64,000 nucleotides of DNA from Octopus vulgaris (GCA_951406725.2 OX597816.1:140988001-141052000), one strand, 5' to 3'; numbered from the stretch's first letter, positions 41,533 to 56,130 are shown. A program made the numbers and translations. Notes: generated from the letters alone by a model not told the origin.

Positions 41533-42819
41533 AATAAAATAACAACAGCAACAAGCGTGTATATTGTATTAAAAGTGTAAACATGACAAGCGATGTACTA
41601 CAGATCAAAAGCAAAGCTTTGCGGATAGCTTTAGAAACTTCATTCGTATCAGCGAGAATTGAAGAATTGAATGTTGTTTACGCCATAAGAACATTTAGAC
41701 GCCATAAGAATTTTTAGAGAGGAAGACAAAGAGAGAGGGAGAGAGAGACAGAGAGACAGACACGGAGTTGAGGTTTGAAATTCAGTTAAAAATATTTCCT
41801 ATTTTTTTACTTTTAAATTCGAAACTGAGAATTTTAAAATTAAATTCAAAATTATTTCGTTTGATTATACACATTTGTGTTGTGTTTGGCTTCAACGCCG
41901 CCCTCAACATTTGCTCGCTATTCCCAGCAGCTTCTCGCTGTTGATGCCACCAAAAATTAACAATATTATGGTTAAAGGCGTGAAACTGTAAGAACCTTTT
42001 GGACGATAACTGACGAGGAATTAGCAACGTCAGTGTCTAGTGTGTGAATTTTCCGTTTGTTCTTTGTTGTGTTTCTGTTTAAATTTTGGGACCTATTTTG
42101 TATGTATGTATGTATGTATGTAAGTATGTATGTATGTATGTATGTATGTATGTATGTATGTATGTGTGTATGTGTATATATATATATTGGGTTTCCAGAC
42201 AAATTGGTCCAGTGTTTTGTTTTTTTGCATTTCTATTTGGCACGCCATAATCATATGTGTGAAAAGAGTTAAAATTTATTCAAATCGATACACAAAAGTT
42301 GTAAAGGAAGAATAGAGTAACAAAAAAAAAGACATAAACAAAAAATCAACAACATAAAACACTGCAATAAAAATACTTTTCGTGTTAATTCAAATAACAT
42401 TCTAAAGGACAAAAATAATTGGGAGAAAAAAATCAACGAATTTATTTGACAACTCAGTATTTATATTTGTGTGTGTGAGAGAGAGAGACAGAGTGTGTGT
42501 GGAGGGGCGTTCATACGTGCGCGCGTGTGTTTGTGTGTATACATAAATATATATACGTATATATATATATAGAGAGAGAGAGAGAATATATATACATATA
42601 TATTTATACATATATATATACACTGCCTGCTTTCTATCTTTTAGGAAGTTGTGCAGCCCTCTGCAAGTTTTCCGTCTATGCCGAGATCACGCAGTTTGTG
42701 ACGGATCATACCATGGTCGACTTTATCAAAGGCTTTTGCAAAGTCGAGATATGTGTGTGTGTATATATATATATTGTATATATGTATACACATATATATG
42801 TATATAGAGCATATAAATG

Positions 42820-42876
<57 letters not shown>

Positions 42877-42951
42877 TAGCAGAATTGCCCGGCGTTGCTC
42901 GGGGCTGAATTGCTTGAAAGTACTGTTAATGATTGCACTGAATTATGATGA

Positions 42952-43495
42952 TTATTCAGGCAAATATTGATATAAGCTTACGGTGAGAGATAAGGACTTA
43001 ACGATCAAACGTGTGCCATTGCATTGTTTTGGGGGAACCAAATTTCTGATGAGCATTATAGGGGCACCAACTTTAAGTTTGAGAAAGTGTGGTGGTAGTC
43101 CGGGGTGCTCAAAGGAATTGAGTACCTCTATTGGATAGTTGATGACGTCCTCTGGGTCAGGAGTTGTATCGATAGACTGATATACATAGACTTCCCCAAG
43201 AATGAGTTTTAGCATTTCATCATTAATATGGTGAACAGTTTTATTCCTCGGGGCCAGTATAGCCTTTTTGCCAATCCAATCCATATTCTGATAATTAGCT
43301 TGTAGATCTGGGAACACTGCATCTCTGAGATCAGAAGGCGTCTTAACAATGGTACAAATGGAATCGATGGCAATATTACCATTTTCATCCCCTGGTATTT
43401 TGCCTTCGCCAAGTGCAAGGAGGGTGTGAGGAAATGCTGCTGATGTGATATTACGTCGCATATGAGCACGCATATTGGTGTGAAGTTTGAGAGTT
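42952..43495 (-). pseudogene. Helitron Pif1-family helicase fragment
   Basis: KAILAPRN..IN..L..YQSID..YPIEVLNS..GLPPH.LKLKVGAPIMLIRNL..CNGTRLIV. Confidence 0.92.
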
Positions 43496-43720
43496 ACTTC
43501 CGTTTATTTTTAAAAATATGCATTAAAATGGAAAAAAATTATGGTAAATTATTTGTAAAATCATAGACTCATCGTAGACGCGCGCTAATACCCAGAAGGG
43601 CTCGATATGAATTACGACTATAAGATACCCGGTTTTGGTTAAACTGCATCGCAAAATGTGGGAGTAGTTAGGAATCTAAATCGGAGTAGACAGACACACA
43701 ACCTTTCTTTTATATATAAA

Positions 43721-44200
43721 TCTTTTCGTCCTAAAAAACTTTGTATGGATTGAATGGTTACCTCTATGGAAATATATACACGCACATTATACATACATGT
43801 GTGTATAGATGAATATATAAATACATTTAAATATCTATATACACTTTTGGGCGATCTTTCTGTTTCTTAGAGATAACTTTAGATCTTATTTTCGTGCTAA
43901 AAAACTTTGTATGGAGTGAATGGTTACCTCTATGGAAATATATACACACACGTTATACATACATGTGTGCATAGATGAATATATAAATACATTTATATAT
44001 CTATATACACTTTTGGGCGATCTCTGTGCTACTTAGAGATAACTTTAGATCTTATTTTCGTCCTAAAAAACTTTGTGCGGAGTGAATGGTTACGTGTATG
44101 GAAATATATACACACACATTATACATACATCTGTGTATAGATGAATATATAAATACATTTAAATATCTATATACACTTTTGGGCGATCTTTCTGCTACTT
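43721..44200. repeat. ~166-bp minisatellite, three copies
   Basis: TTTTCGTCCTAAAAAACTTTGT..GGGCGATCT unit starts near 43721, 43887 and 44053. Confidence 0.9.
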
Positions 44201-44209
44201 GGATATAGG

Positions 44210-44305
44210 GGCGATGTTTCGCTTGTCGTAGCACACGTTTCCGTCGATTTCCGTAAAAAATGTAAACACTGAATCGGCCATACATACATACATACATACA
44301 CACAC

Positions 44306-44340
<35 letters not shown>

Positions 44341-44664
44341 TGCATACATACATATACACATAAACCGAGTAAAAAATTTCAGTTATCTCTCTCTTTCACA
44401 CATTACTCTCTCTGTCTCTTCACACACACTAACAGAAGCACTTCACTTACACAACATACTGTCTGTCTCCCACACTCCATCAAACACACACACACACACA
44501 CACACATGTACATCAATGCGTCCCATGCACGGTAACTTCAAAAGAACTTCCCTCGTCATACAATCGCTTTCTCTTAGTCTCTTTCGCTCTCATTACTTAT
44601 GTAAAAAAATAAGTTTTTTACGGAAATCGACGGAAACCTGTGCTACGACAAGCGAAACATCGCC
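44210..44664. mobile_element. Merlin-like MITE with 8-bp TSD
   Basis: ~50-bp TIRs starting GGCGATGTTTCGCTTGTCGTAGCAC; GATATAGG at 44202-44209 and 44665-44672. Confidence 0.75.
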
Positions 44665-44720
44665 GATATAGGTCTTATATTCGTCCTAAAATACTTTCCT
44701 GTCACACACTCACGCACACG

Positions 44721-44759
<39 letters not shown>

Positions 44760-45173
44760 CCTCACACACACACACACACACGCACGTTATCTTACAATTT
44801 TATTTATATATTTGCGTGTCTATGTGTGTAAAGAGGAAGTGGCAGACTGAAAGAGTCACTCACTACAAAAGGTGAATTACTTTCATTTTATTCCTTGCAC
44901 ACTGTGTGTGTGCGTGTGCGTGTGGTGTAAAACACATTAAGAAAAGCATTTGACATACACACCAGAATGTGAGTTTTCTGTAAATTTTGCTTAATTGGAG
45001 TTTAAATTTTAAAAAGTGAACCTGGCAAAACCCGATGCATTCTACTCTTAAAAATGCTAAGTAAATTGTAATTGAAGAAATCCTATATTGTAGATTTCTA
45101 TAACTGACAAAGGGAGGCAGATAAAATCTGCCTTTTATAATAAGAGATATGCATATCGTATATATATATATGC

Positions 45174-45252
<79 letters not shown>

Positions 45253-45349
45253 ATCCAAACAAGAAAACACAAAAAAAACAAAAAAAAACACAACAAAGCG
45301 AGGACGTGGAACAAATAAAGTATTATTGGACGCTCAGGAAAGAAGGGAA

Positions 45350-45407
<58 letters not shown>

Positions 45408-45506
45408 TTCCTTCTTTCCTGAGCGTCCAATAATACTTTATTTGTTCCACGTCCTCGCTTTGTTGTGTTTTTTTGTTTGTTTCTTTTTGTGTTTTCTTGT
45501 TTGGAT

Positions 45507-45585
<79 letters not shown>

Positions 45586-45701
45586 GCATATATATATATA
45601 CGATATGCATATATATATATATATATATACATACATTTATATGCTCTATATACATATATATGTGTATACATATATACAATATATATATATATACACACAC
45701 A

Positions 45702-46675
45702 TATCTCGACTTTGCAAAAGCCTTTGATAAAGTCGACCATGGTATGATCCGTCACAAACTGCGTGATCTCGGCATAGACGGAAAACTTGCAGAGGGCTGC
45801 ACAACTTCCTAAAAGATAGAAAGCAGGCAGTGGTGGCCAATGGAGCCACCTCCAAGGAAACACAAATAACAAGTGGTGTTCCACAGGGCACTGTCTTGGG
45901 GCCACTGCTGATCATAGTGGCCCTTTCAGACATGCTTTCTGTTGCGGGAGAGATATGCAGTGATATACATCTGGAAAATCTTGGTGGGCCTTGTCCCAAA
46001 TTTTGGCATTGGAAGTTACCCCAGCAGCAGAACAGGGCGCTACATCATGGTGCTAAAGATCCCAACATCACCATCAAAATACAGGATCAGATACTGAAAC
46101 AGCTTGGGTTCCAGGGGACCACAGTTCTTCAATATCCTTCCTAAATGCATGAGAGACCTGCATCGTGTGGATGTGAGTTTTTTCTAAAACTAAACTGGAT
46201 CTCTTCTTGTCAGGGGTTCCAGATGAATCTACCTCTCGGCAGGAAACACGGATGCGGGCAGCGGCGTCGAACTCCCTTCTTGACCAAGTGCCACGTATAT
46301 GTATATATATATATTTACTAAAAATTTTTTTTTTAATTTTATCTAGTTTCATCTCACGAGCTGTGGCCATGCTGGGGTACCGCCAATTCAGTGTTGCTAC
46401 ACGATTTTACTTCACGAATGCTTTTTAGCAATTGCCATTTGGTGCATGAGAGAGCTCGATGCAGCTGCCCTCATCCGCACCTCCTGCCGTGAAGTTGGTT
46501 CATCTGGGACATCTGACAGGAAGAGATCCAGTTTTATTTTAAAGACATCTGCAACCACCCATGCAAGTCTCTCATGTCCTTCGGGAGGATATTGAAGAGC
46601 TGATGACCTCTGAAGCCCAGGCTATCACAGTATCTTGTCCTACATCTTGATGGCAAATTTGGAGTCCTTGGCACT
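45702..46675. mobile_element. Rearranged CR1/L2-type LINE fragments (+ 45702-46292; - 46335-46675)
   Basis: [26 protein letters not shown] and GVPDESTSRQE; similar to 48307-49810. Confidence 0.85.
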
Positions 46676-46797
46676 ATATATATATATACATATATAATAT
46701 ATATATATACATATATATAATATATATGTATACATACATAATATATATATATATATATGTATGTATATATATGTATATATATAATACATATATAATA

Positions 46798-47970
46798 TCT
46801 CTTATTATAAAAGGCAGATTTTATCTGCCTCCCTTTGGGAGTTATACAAATCTACAATATAGGATTTCTTCAATTACAATTTACCTAGCAGTTTTAAGAG
46901 TACAATGCATCGCGTCATGCCAGGTCCAGTTTTTAAAATTTAAACTCCAATTAAGCAAAATTTACAGAAAACTCACATTCTGGTGTGTGTGTCAAATGCT
47001 TTTCTTAGTCTGGTTTACACCACACGCAAACGCACACACACAGTGGGCAACGAATAAAATGAAAGTAAATGTAATATTTGTTTCTGTCTATCACGCTGAT
47101 AGATACATGAGTAAAATGTATGGGAAGCTAACAGATAACAGTGAGTGAAAATGTTCTTGGAAGAGAGTAAATTAGCGACAGTGATTTGAGGAAGACTAAA
47201 CTGAAACTATGAAACAGTGTCTATGTATAAACAGACGACACTTATATAAACCCTTTCGTTACCAAACCGCCCGAATTTACCTATTCATATTTAAATGAGA
47301 ATATCAGAGTAAATCTCTTTAGTACATTCGTGAAAACACGTATTATACTTCGTAAACACTTCAAATACAGTTTTGTACAAAAATCGAAGTGTAATTTTAA
47401 TTCCGTGAATTATGGGAGATTTTTTTCCGAAATTTGTTCCTATTGTGTTTTCAAAATTTGTAATTCTGACAAAAAATGGATACGAATTTCATTATATCAA
47501 GCAGCGAGTCAGAATTCGAAGGATTTTCTACTGAAGACCTTCATAAATCTAACTCTATGACTGAAAAAAAAAAGCATCTTTATATAAGAGTGAAGTTGTG
47601 TGTCTGTCCCCTTCGATTTACATTCGTAATTACTCCCACATTTTGCGGTGCAGTTTAACCAAAAGCGGGTATCTTATAGTCGTGATTCATATCGAGCCCT
47701 TCTGGGTATTAAGCGCGTCTACGATGAGTCTACGATTTTAAAAAAATTTACCATCATATTTTTCCATTTTAATGCATTTTTTTCGCTTTTATATAAGGGA
47801 AGTAACTCTCTAAAAATATCCACGATGTGTCAACGATTAAAAAAAAATTTACCTTAATTTTTTTTCAATTTTTAATGCATTTTTTTTGCTATTTTTTGGC
47901 TATAACTCTCTAAAAATGCTTATATAGTTATTTCCCTTACAACCCGAGCAACGCCGGGCGATACTGCTAG
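46798..47970 (+). mobile_element. Composite non-autonomous Helitron (second 5' end at 47577)
   Basis: A|TCTCTTATTATAAAAGG ... hairpin + CTAG|T; its modules are reverse complements of 44880-45147, 43500-43720 and 42876-42905. Confidence 0.85.
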
Positions 47971-48006
47971 TACATATATATAATACATATATAATATATA
48001 TATATA

Positions 48007-48038
<32 letters not shown>

Positions 48039-48055
48039 ATACATATATTTATATA

Positions 48056-48115
<60 letters not shown>

Positions 48116-48150
48116 TATATATATAGAATATATATATACATACATATACA

Positions 48151-48211
<61 letters not shown>

Positions 48212-48306
48212 ATAGATATGTCTATAATATATATAGACACATCCGCATATATATATACATATAAATACATATATATATATGTATATATATATATGTATAT
48301 ATATAT

Positions 48307-49805
48307 GAAGGAAGGTAAAATATGCCCCATTCATAAAGGAGGTAGCAGAGCGGAAGCCAAGAACTATAGACCTATCTCTCTGACCTCACACATCAGCAAG
48401 GTCATGGAACGAATAGTCAGAAGGAAGCTGATCACCTTCCTTGAAGAAAATGACTTGCTGCCCGACACCCAACATGGTTTCCGACCAGGGAGAAGCTGTT
48501 TAACTCAGCTCCTACAACACTATGACTGGGTGCTGAAACGGCTGCTCAACCACTCAAATGTGGAAGTGATATATCTCGACTTTGCAAAGGCCTTTGATAA
48601 AGTCGATCATGGAATGATATGTCACAAACTGCGTGATCTCAACATAGTTGGAAAACTGGGAGAATGGCTTCATGACTTTCTGAAAGATAGAAGTCATTAA
48701 CACGCAAATAGTGAGCGGTGTTCCGCAGGGCACTGTTCTGGGACCACTACTGTTCATAATGGCCCTCTCAGACATGCCCTCAGCCACGCAGAGAGCCACG
48801 ATCACAAGTTATGCAGATGATACAAAAGTTTCACAGGCAATACAGAACCCTGAGGACACTAAACACCTGCAATGTGAGCTAGACAAAATATACAAGTGGG
48901 CCGAAAAGAATAGCATGCAGTTCAATGCTGAAAAGTTTCAAGCTCTATACTATCAGCATGCAAGACTAAATGCAATACCCAATGAATACACTGGACCCGG
49001 AGGAATAGCAATCCCAGAGGCACAATCAGTGCGTGACCTAGGTATTTCCATGAGTGATGACGCGACCTTTCGTGTACATGTTGCTAAATTGGCAATGAAA
49101 TGTAGACGACTGGCCGGATGGATCCTCAGAACCTTTATAACAAGAGAACAAGAAACCATGATGGTCCTCTGGAGGACACTTGTCCTAAGCCACTTTGACT
49201 ACTGCTCTCAGTTATGGTCACCATCCAGTGTCAAGTTGATCACAGAGCTCGAGGCGATCCAACGTAGCTACACGAAGAAGATAGCCTCTATGCAGAATGT
49301 AAGCTACTGGGAAAGACTCAGGAAATTAAAATTATATTCCCTGGAGCGTAGGCGGGAAAGATATGCCATAATATACATCTGGAAGATCCTGGAACGAAGT
49401 GTCCTGAACTTTGGCATCGAGAGTTACGCAAATGTCAGAACTGGGCGCCACTGCGTGGTGCCTAGGACTCCAAACTTGCCATCAAGATGTAGGACAAGAT
49501 TCTGTGATAGCCTGGGCTTCCGAGGCCCACAGCTCTTCAATATCCTCCCGAAGAACCTGAGAGACCTGCATGGGGTGGATACAGATGTCTTTAAAATGAA
49601 GCTGGATCTCTTCCTGTCAGGTGTCCCAGATGAACCAACTTCACGGCAGGAGGGGCAGATGAGGGCAGCTGCATCGAACTCTCTCATGCACCAAATAGCA
49701 GCTGCTAGAAAGCCTTCATGAAGTGAAACCAAGTAGCAACGCCAAATGGCGGTGCCCCAGCATGGCCACAGCTCATAAGCTGAAACTGGAAAAATCAAAA
49801 TCAAA

Positions 49806-49810
<5 letters not shown>
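48307..49810 (+). mobile_element. 5'-truncated CR1/L2-type LINE: ORF2 RT (one deletion/frameshift near 48697), 3' UTR and (AAATCA)n tail
   Basis: [64 protein letters not shown]. Confidence 0.95.
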
Positions 49811-49852
<42 letters not shown>

Positions 49853-49854
<2 letters not shown>

Positions 49855-50451
49855 CAATAAAGGGTTTAGCAACGAATTGCCTTACCACAGACCGAATTTA
49901 GAAATAGCAGTCAAAGAGTTATAGCTATTTCTTCTACTAAAAAGGGAGATCTCTGTAAAAAAACACAGCAATTGGAAGGCAGACACAAACAGGTAAGAGA
50001 GAATGAATTGACGGCAATCTATCATACAATTTTAAGTTATCTACGGACGCACGTTTCGAAATCAAGTTTTTAGGAAAGCATAAGAATTAAATATTAAATA
50101 ATTCTACGTTACCCAAACTTCTTTTCTCTTCAGCGTAGAATACCATAATCATAAATGATTATATATTGAATTTTGAGATACCAGAAGGCACCAACTCAAC
50201 TCAGTATCAGAGCGAGCTAGAATCCGCAACTAGTATCACCAAATTCAAAGTGTGAATGAAAGGATTGTGTCACCAGAACTCTTTGACTGCTATTTCTAAA
50301 TTCGGTCTGTGGTAAGGCAATTCGTTGCTAAACCCTTTATTGCTTAGTATTACTTAAATTTTCCTCGAATGAGGCTTTTACATGCCGAAGACTACTTGGT
50401 GTAATTGATAATTATTCTAAATTAATTAATTTCACCCTTCATTATTACGGA

Positions 50452-50455
<4 letters not shown>
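49853..50455 (-). mobile_element. Non-coding PLE-type terminal unit with 68-bp inverted arms, flanked by (TA)n
   Basis: 49853-49920 is the exact reverse complement of 50277-50344. Confidence 0.8.
50040..50139 (-). ncRNA. Type I hammerhead ribozyme with canonical core
   Basis: TCTACG CTGAAGA [GAAA..long stem II..TTTC] GAAA CG-TG-CG TC CGTAGA; GUC cleavage triplet. Confidence 0.8.
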
Positions 50456-50491
<36 letters not shown>

Positions 50492-50866
50492 TGTATATAT
50501 ACGTATACGTATATACATATATACATATATGTACATACATATATACATATATACATATATACATATATGTATATATACATATATATGGACAATAAGAAAA
50601 TGGAGGAAAACACCAATGAGAAGTGTGTTTTTGGTACTAAAAAGCCATTATTTAATTTGTTAAGCAAGGTGAGGAGAAGAATGAGTTTACAGCTGTTTCT
50701 GTGTATCATGTTGAGGTAAATATGTATTTACCTCGTTGCAAATAGTAGTCGTCAACAGAGCGAAGATGGCAGAGATAGACAAAGAGGAGAATAGAGCGAA
50801 AGACAGAGGTAGATATATGTACATAAGTGTATGTATTTATATATCTACATACATATATATGTATAA

Positions 50867-50950
<84 letters not shown>

Positions 50951-51037
50951 TATATAAATATGTATATTCGCCTTAAATGGTCCTTTTACATACTGAACAC
51001 TTGGTGAAATTGACTAATTAATTTTACCCTCAATTGT

Positions 51038-51077
<40 letters not shown>

Positions 51078-51284
51078 ATTTATATATATGTATATATATA
51101 TACATATACATATATACATATATATATGTATATGACTATATATATATATATATATGTATATATATGTATATATATATACATATATCTATATATACATATA
51201 TATATGTATATGACTATATATATATATCTTTATGTATATATATATGTGTGTGTGTCTCTATATGTCTATATGTATATGTTGTTG

Positions 51285-51745
51285 CTGCCTTAGCTTCCCT
51301 ATCGTTATCAGCCTGCTTATTTACAGGGGTGAGGGATCCATTCATTTGGGAAACTACTGGAGGAGAAGAGAAAGAGAGAGTGAGGGAGAGAGAGGAGAGA
51401 ATGAAGGATGTGAGGGAAAGGGAGAGATGGAGTGAGAAGAGTAAGGAAAATGAGAAGTATATAAGACTTCTGGTTTTTGCTCCGTTTTTCCCTATCCTTA
51501 TCAGCCCTTCAACAGTAGTTTTCCATGATGGCATCAAGAGTGTTAATGTGTGGTCTGATAAGGGCATAGTATCGAATGAATTCATTTTTCTTCCGCTCTA
51601 TCTGCTCAATAGTTCCACAGAAGCAATTGTTCTTCAGTGCAGCAGTGTTGATGTTGTTTGGCGGATCGCCGCTGGCAATCACCCATGCTCGCAACAAAAG
51701 ATTCAATTCTTTGCTCTCCCACTTTGATGCCATTTTCGTTTTCTA
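51285..51745 (-). mobile_element. Decayed PLE-like fragments split by a GA-rich duplication
   Basis: [11 protein letters not shown] resembles PLE RPIVSxxxSPT; 51361-51460 duplicates 51905-52005. Confidence 0.4.
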
Positions 51746-52299
51746 GGCCCAGCGGGGGGGGGGGGGGGATAGAGAGGAAGTGAAAGAGACAGAGGGAGAT
51801 AGAGAGGAAGAAATACTGAGGGATGGAGATATGAAGGAAAGAGAGAGAGAGTGATATGAAGAAAGAGAGCAGAGGTATGGAGCGATCGCGAGACAGAGGG
51901 GAGAGGAGGAGAAGAGAAAGAGAGAGTGAGGGAGAGAGAGGAGAGAATGAAGGATGTGAGGGAAAGGGAGAGATGAAGTGAGAAGAGTAGGGAAAATGAG
52001 AAGTATATGAGGGGGAGAGGTAGATGTAGAGAGAGACAAAGGAAGGGAGAGGGAAGTGGGAAAAGGTGGAAGATATGAAAGGGAGGGAGAGACAGAATGA
52101 GGGAGAGATGAGAAAAAGAGGAAGATATGGAAGAGAGAGAGACGTAGGTGTAAAGTGAGACAAAGGGAAGGAGAGAGAAAGGGAAAAGGAGGAAGATATG
52201 AGAGAGAGGAGAGAGGAAGAGGAAGGTATGAAAGAAAGAGGGGAGGCTCAGGTAACGAAGATATGAAGGAAGGAAAAATACGAAAGGTATAGATCGACA

Positions 52300-53370
52300 A
52301 TGCCGCTTTAGGTAAAAGACAAAGTGAAAAAACGATAGTGAAAAGATAGAGGTTTCGTAACGAATTCGCTACCGTAATTTCTTTCCTCAAATCGAATGTA
52401 AACGAAGAGGTCGCTGTAAGAAAAAGTTAAAGGAAAAACGATAGTAATAAAAAAAAGAGGTTTCATAACGAATTCGCTACCGTAAATTTTCAAATACAAT
52501 GTAAAGAAACAATACGTCTTCACAGAATAATTCGAGGGCAGGATGGAAGGATTGGACAAAAGAGAGGAAGGAGTCTAGTTGTTCGAGGTAAAATTGTTGG
52601 TAAAACTCCCCCGCGAACGAGAAGCAGTTGAGGGAGAGAACAAGTTTAGCCAGACAAAGAAGTGTGGACGTGTCAGGTTGGGGTTTGGTCGAAGGTATAA
52701 GAAATATTTGAGGGCAAGAAGTCCTTCATCGTGTGGGATCACCGTATATAGACGGTTCATGTCAAAAGTGAAGAGAAGTTTAGAGGAGCCAGGAGGTAAG
52801 GAGAAAGAGTTGAAAAGACGGAGAGCATGGTTAGTGTCGTGGATGTGGGAGGCGAGGGATAGTGGAGGACACATTCTGTTGGTAGCTAGGTGTGAGGCTA
52901 GAGGACTTTCAGCCTTGTAGAGGTCTGCGCGCCACACCACCGTGGATCCACCCTTGTTGGTTGGTTTTATGATAATGTTTTTACGGCGTCGGAGACATCG
53001 AAGGGCTGAGATTTGGGCTGGGGAGGTGTTCAGATGTCGGGGACGACTGCGAAAGTTAAACCGGCCCACAACACGTTGGCAGATGCCCGCAAAATGATCG
53101 ATTGCTTGGAACTGGCCAGGAGCTGGCGTCCAGTGGGATGGTCGGCAGCCCAGGTCGGTGAAGAAGACCTCTTCGTTAGATGCAGGTAGAGTGTTGTGGA
53201 ATAGTGCATATAGCCTGACACGGCGCACAAAGCTATGAATATGAGCACAGGTCTGAAATTCGCTATTGGATGAAGTGAGGGGGATGAAGTGCAGACCCCT
53301 ACGGGCAAGAGAGCGCTCCGCCTCAGTGAGGAGAGGATCAGAAGGAATGGTAACAACAGAGTGAAGTGGG
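52300..53370 (-). mobile_element. Penelope-like element N-terminal RT fragment with tandem terminal repeats
   Basis: LARRGLHFIP, NIIIKPTNKGGSTVVW..Y, DTNHAL..LLFTFDMNRLYTVIPHDEGLLAL; GGTAGCGAATTCGTTA(C/T)GAAACCTC occurs twice. Confidence 0.85.
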
Positions 53371-53374
53371 AAGT

Positions 53375-54725
<1,351 letters not shown>

Positions 54726-54798
54726 CGTAGGTAGATGTATGCATACATAGGTGCATACATACATAAATACACACATACATACATACATACATACATAA

Positions 54799-54831
<33 letters not shown>

Positions 54832-54873
54832 CATACTTGCATACATACATACATACATACATACATACATACA

Positions 54874-54904
<31 letters not shown>

Positions 54905-55616
54905 GCGCATACATACACAGGCATACACACGCACTATCACTCACACCCACTCATATTGTCATTGGCCACTTCATCATTATATATTAAATTCTATTCAAAT
55001 TGAAATCCGGTCTGTACCGGAAACACTCAGACAATAGAATGATGCTAGGCAACAAAACAAAATCGATAATCAATCACTGAACTTTAGTGACTTTGAATTG
55101 GTTCATTAGTGGAATGGTTGCTCGTTAGAAATTGTATGAAGTAATGGAATAAATTGTTGCAAGTTGACGTAAATATTGATCCGAGTGTTTGAACCTTGAA
55201 GCTGTTAGTCCGAGTCTAACATCATTTCTAGGGTACTGATTTAACCTGCAAAAGTGTAAATCACAGAGACGGGTTAATAAGTCGTAAATAAATCATATAA
55301 ACATAATGGATTCATATTCTAAGTTTTTCGAAGACGTAATAAATGAAGAAGTATTCATTACAGAAGCATTTGTAATGAAGCTATTTGTTGATAGAGAAAG
55401 ATGAATGGAAAATGTTGTCGGCAGCGTATTTCCTCTTTTCTGCTGTTCTCGTCAGCTGCTTGCTGGTCTTATGTAACAACTTCCGTGCACTGATAACCAT
55501 CAGATTATAGTTGTTGCTCGCCTACTGAGAAATAAATAAATAAATGAATGAATGAATGAATGAATAAATAAATAAATAAATAAATGAGTATGCGATCTTA
55601 TATTTCCATTAGGAAA

Positions 55617-56130
55617 TCACCACCACCTCCACCATCACCATCACCACCACCACCACCATCACCACCACCACCACCACCACAATCACCACCACCACCACCA
55701 CCACCACAACACCACCACCACCACCACCACCACCGGTGTCGTCGTCGTCGTTGTGGTTGGTGTCACGATCACCAGTACCACCATCTTTCTCCTTTTGTTC
55801 ATTATCATTAAGTTGATCATTATCATTGTTGTTGACGTCATCATCGTCGTCGTCGTCATCATCGTCAACGTCATTGTCATCGTCGTCGTTGTCGTCTTCG
55901 TTAACATCTTCCTCTTCTTCTTCTTTCTCCTCCTCCTTCTCCTTCTCCTTCTCCTCCTCATCATCATCATCACTGTCAACATTATCATCGTCGTAATCAC
56001 CATAGTCTTTTTCCTCTCTCTCCAAAGTTATTAACATCATCATCTTCATCATCATCGTCATCAGCAGCAGCATCAATAACGATCTCATTGTCGTCATCAT
56101 TATCATCATGGTCATCGCTCCACCCTTCTC
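55617..56130. repeat. Trinucleotide low-complexity tract (CAC/CAT/CGT/CTC)
   Basis: Directly visible. Confidence 0.95.

Larger units (their letters stand above)
42876..45147 (-). mobile_element. Composite Helitron (2.27 kb)
   Basis: 5' A|TCTCTTATTATAAAAGG at 45147; 3' CCCGAGCAACGCCGGG hairpin + CTAG|T at 42876; no TSD; the empty site can be reconstructed from the mirror arm at ~45600-45640. Confidence 0.85.

Noticed and set aside
42952-43473. Host PIF1 helicase gene
   Set aside because: Partial, intronless and enclosed by Helitron termini
43721-44200. Regular repeats suggesting a CRISPR-like array
   Set aside because: Whole ~166-bp units repeat with no unique spacers; eukaryotic minisatellite, no cas genes
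55420-55460. CTGACGA..GAAA hammerhead-like string on the minus strand
   Set aside because: Stem II cannot pair and there is no valid NUH site
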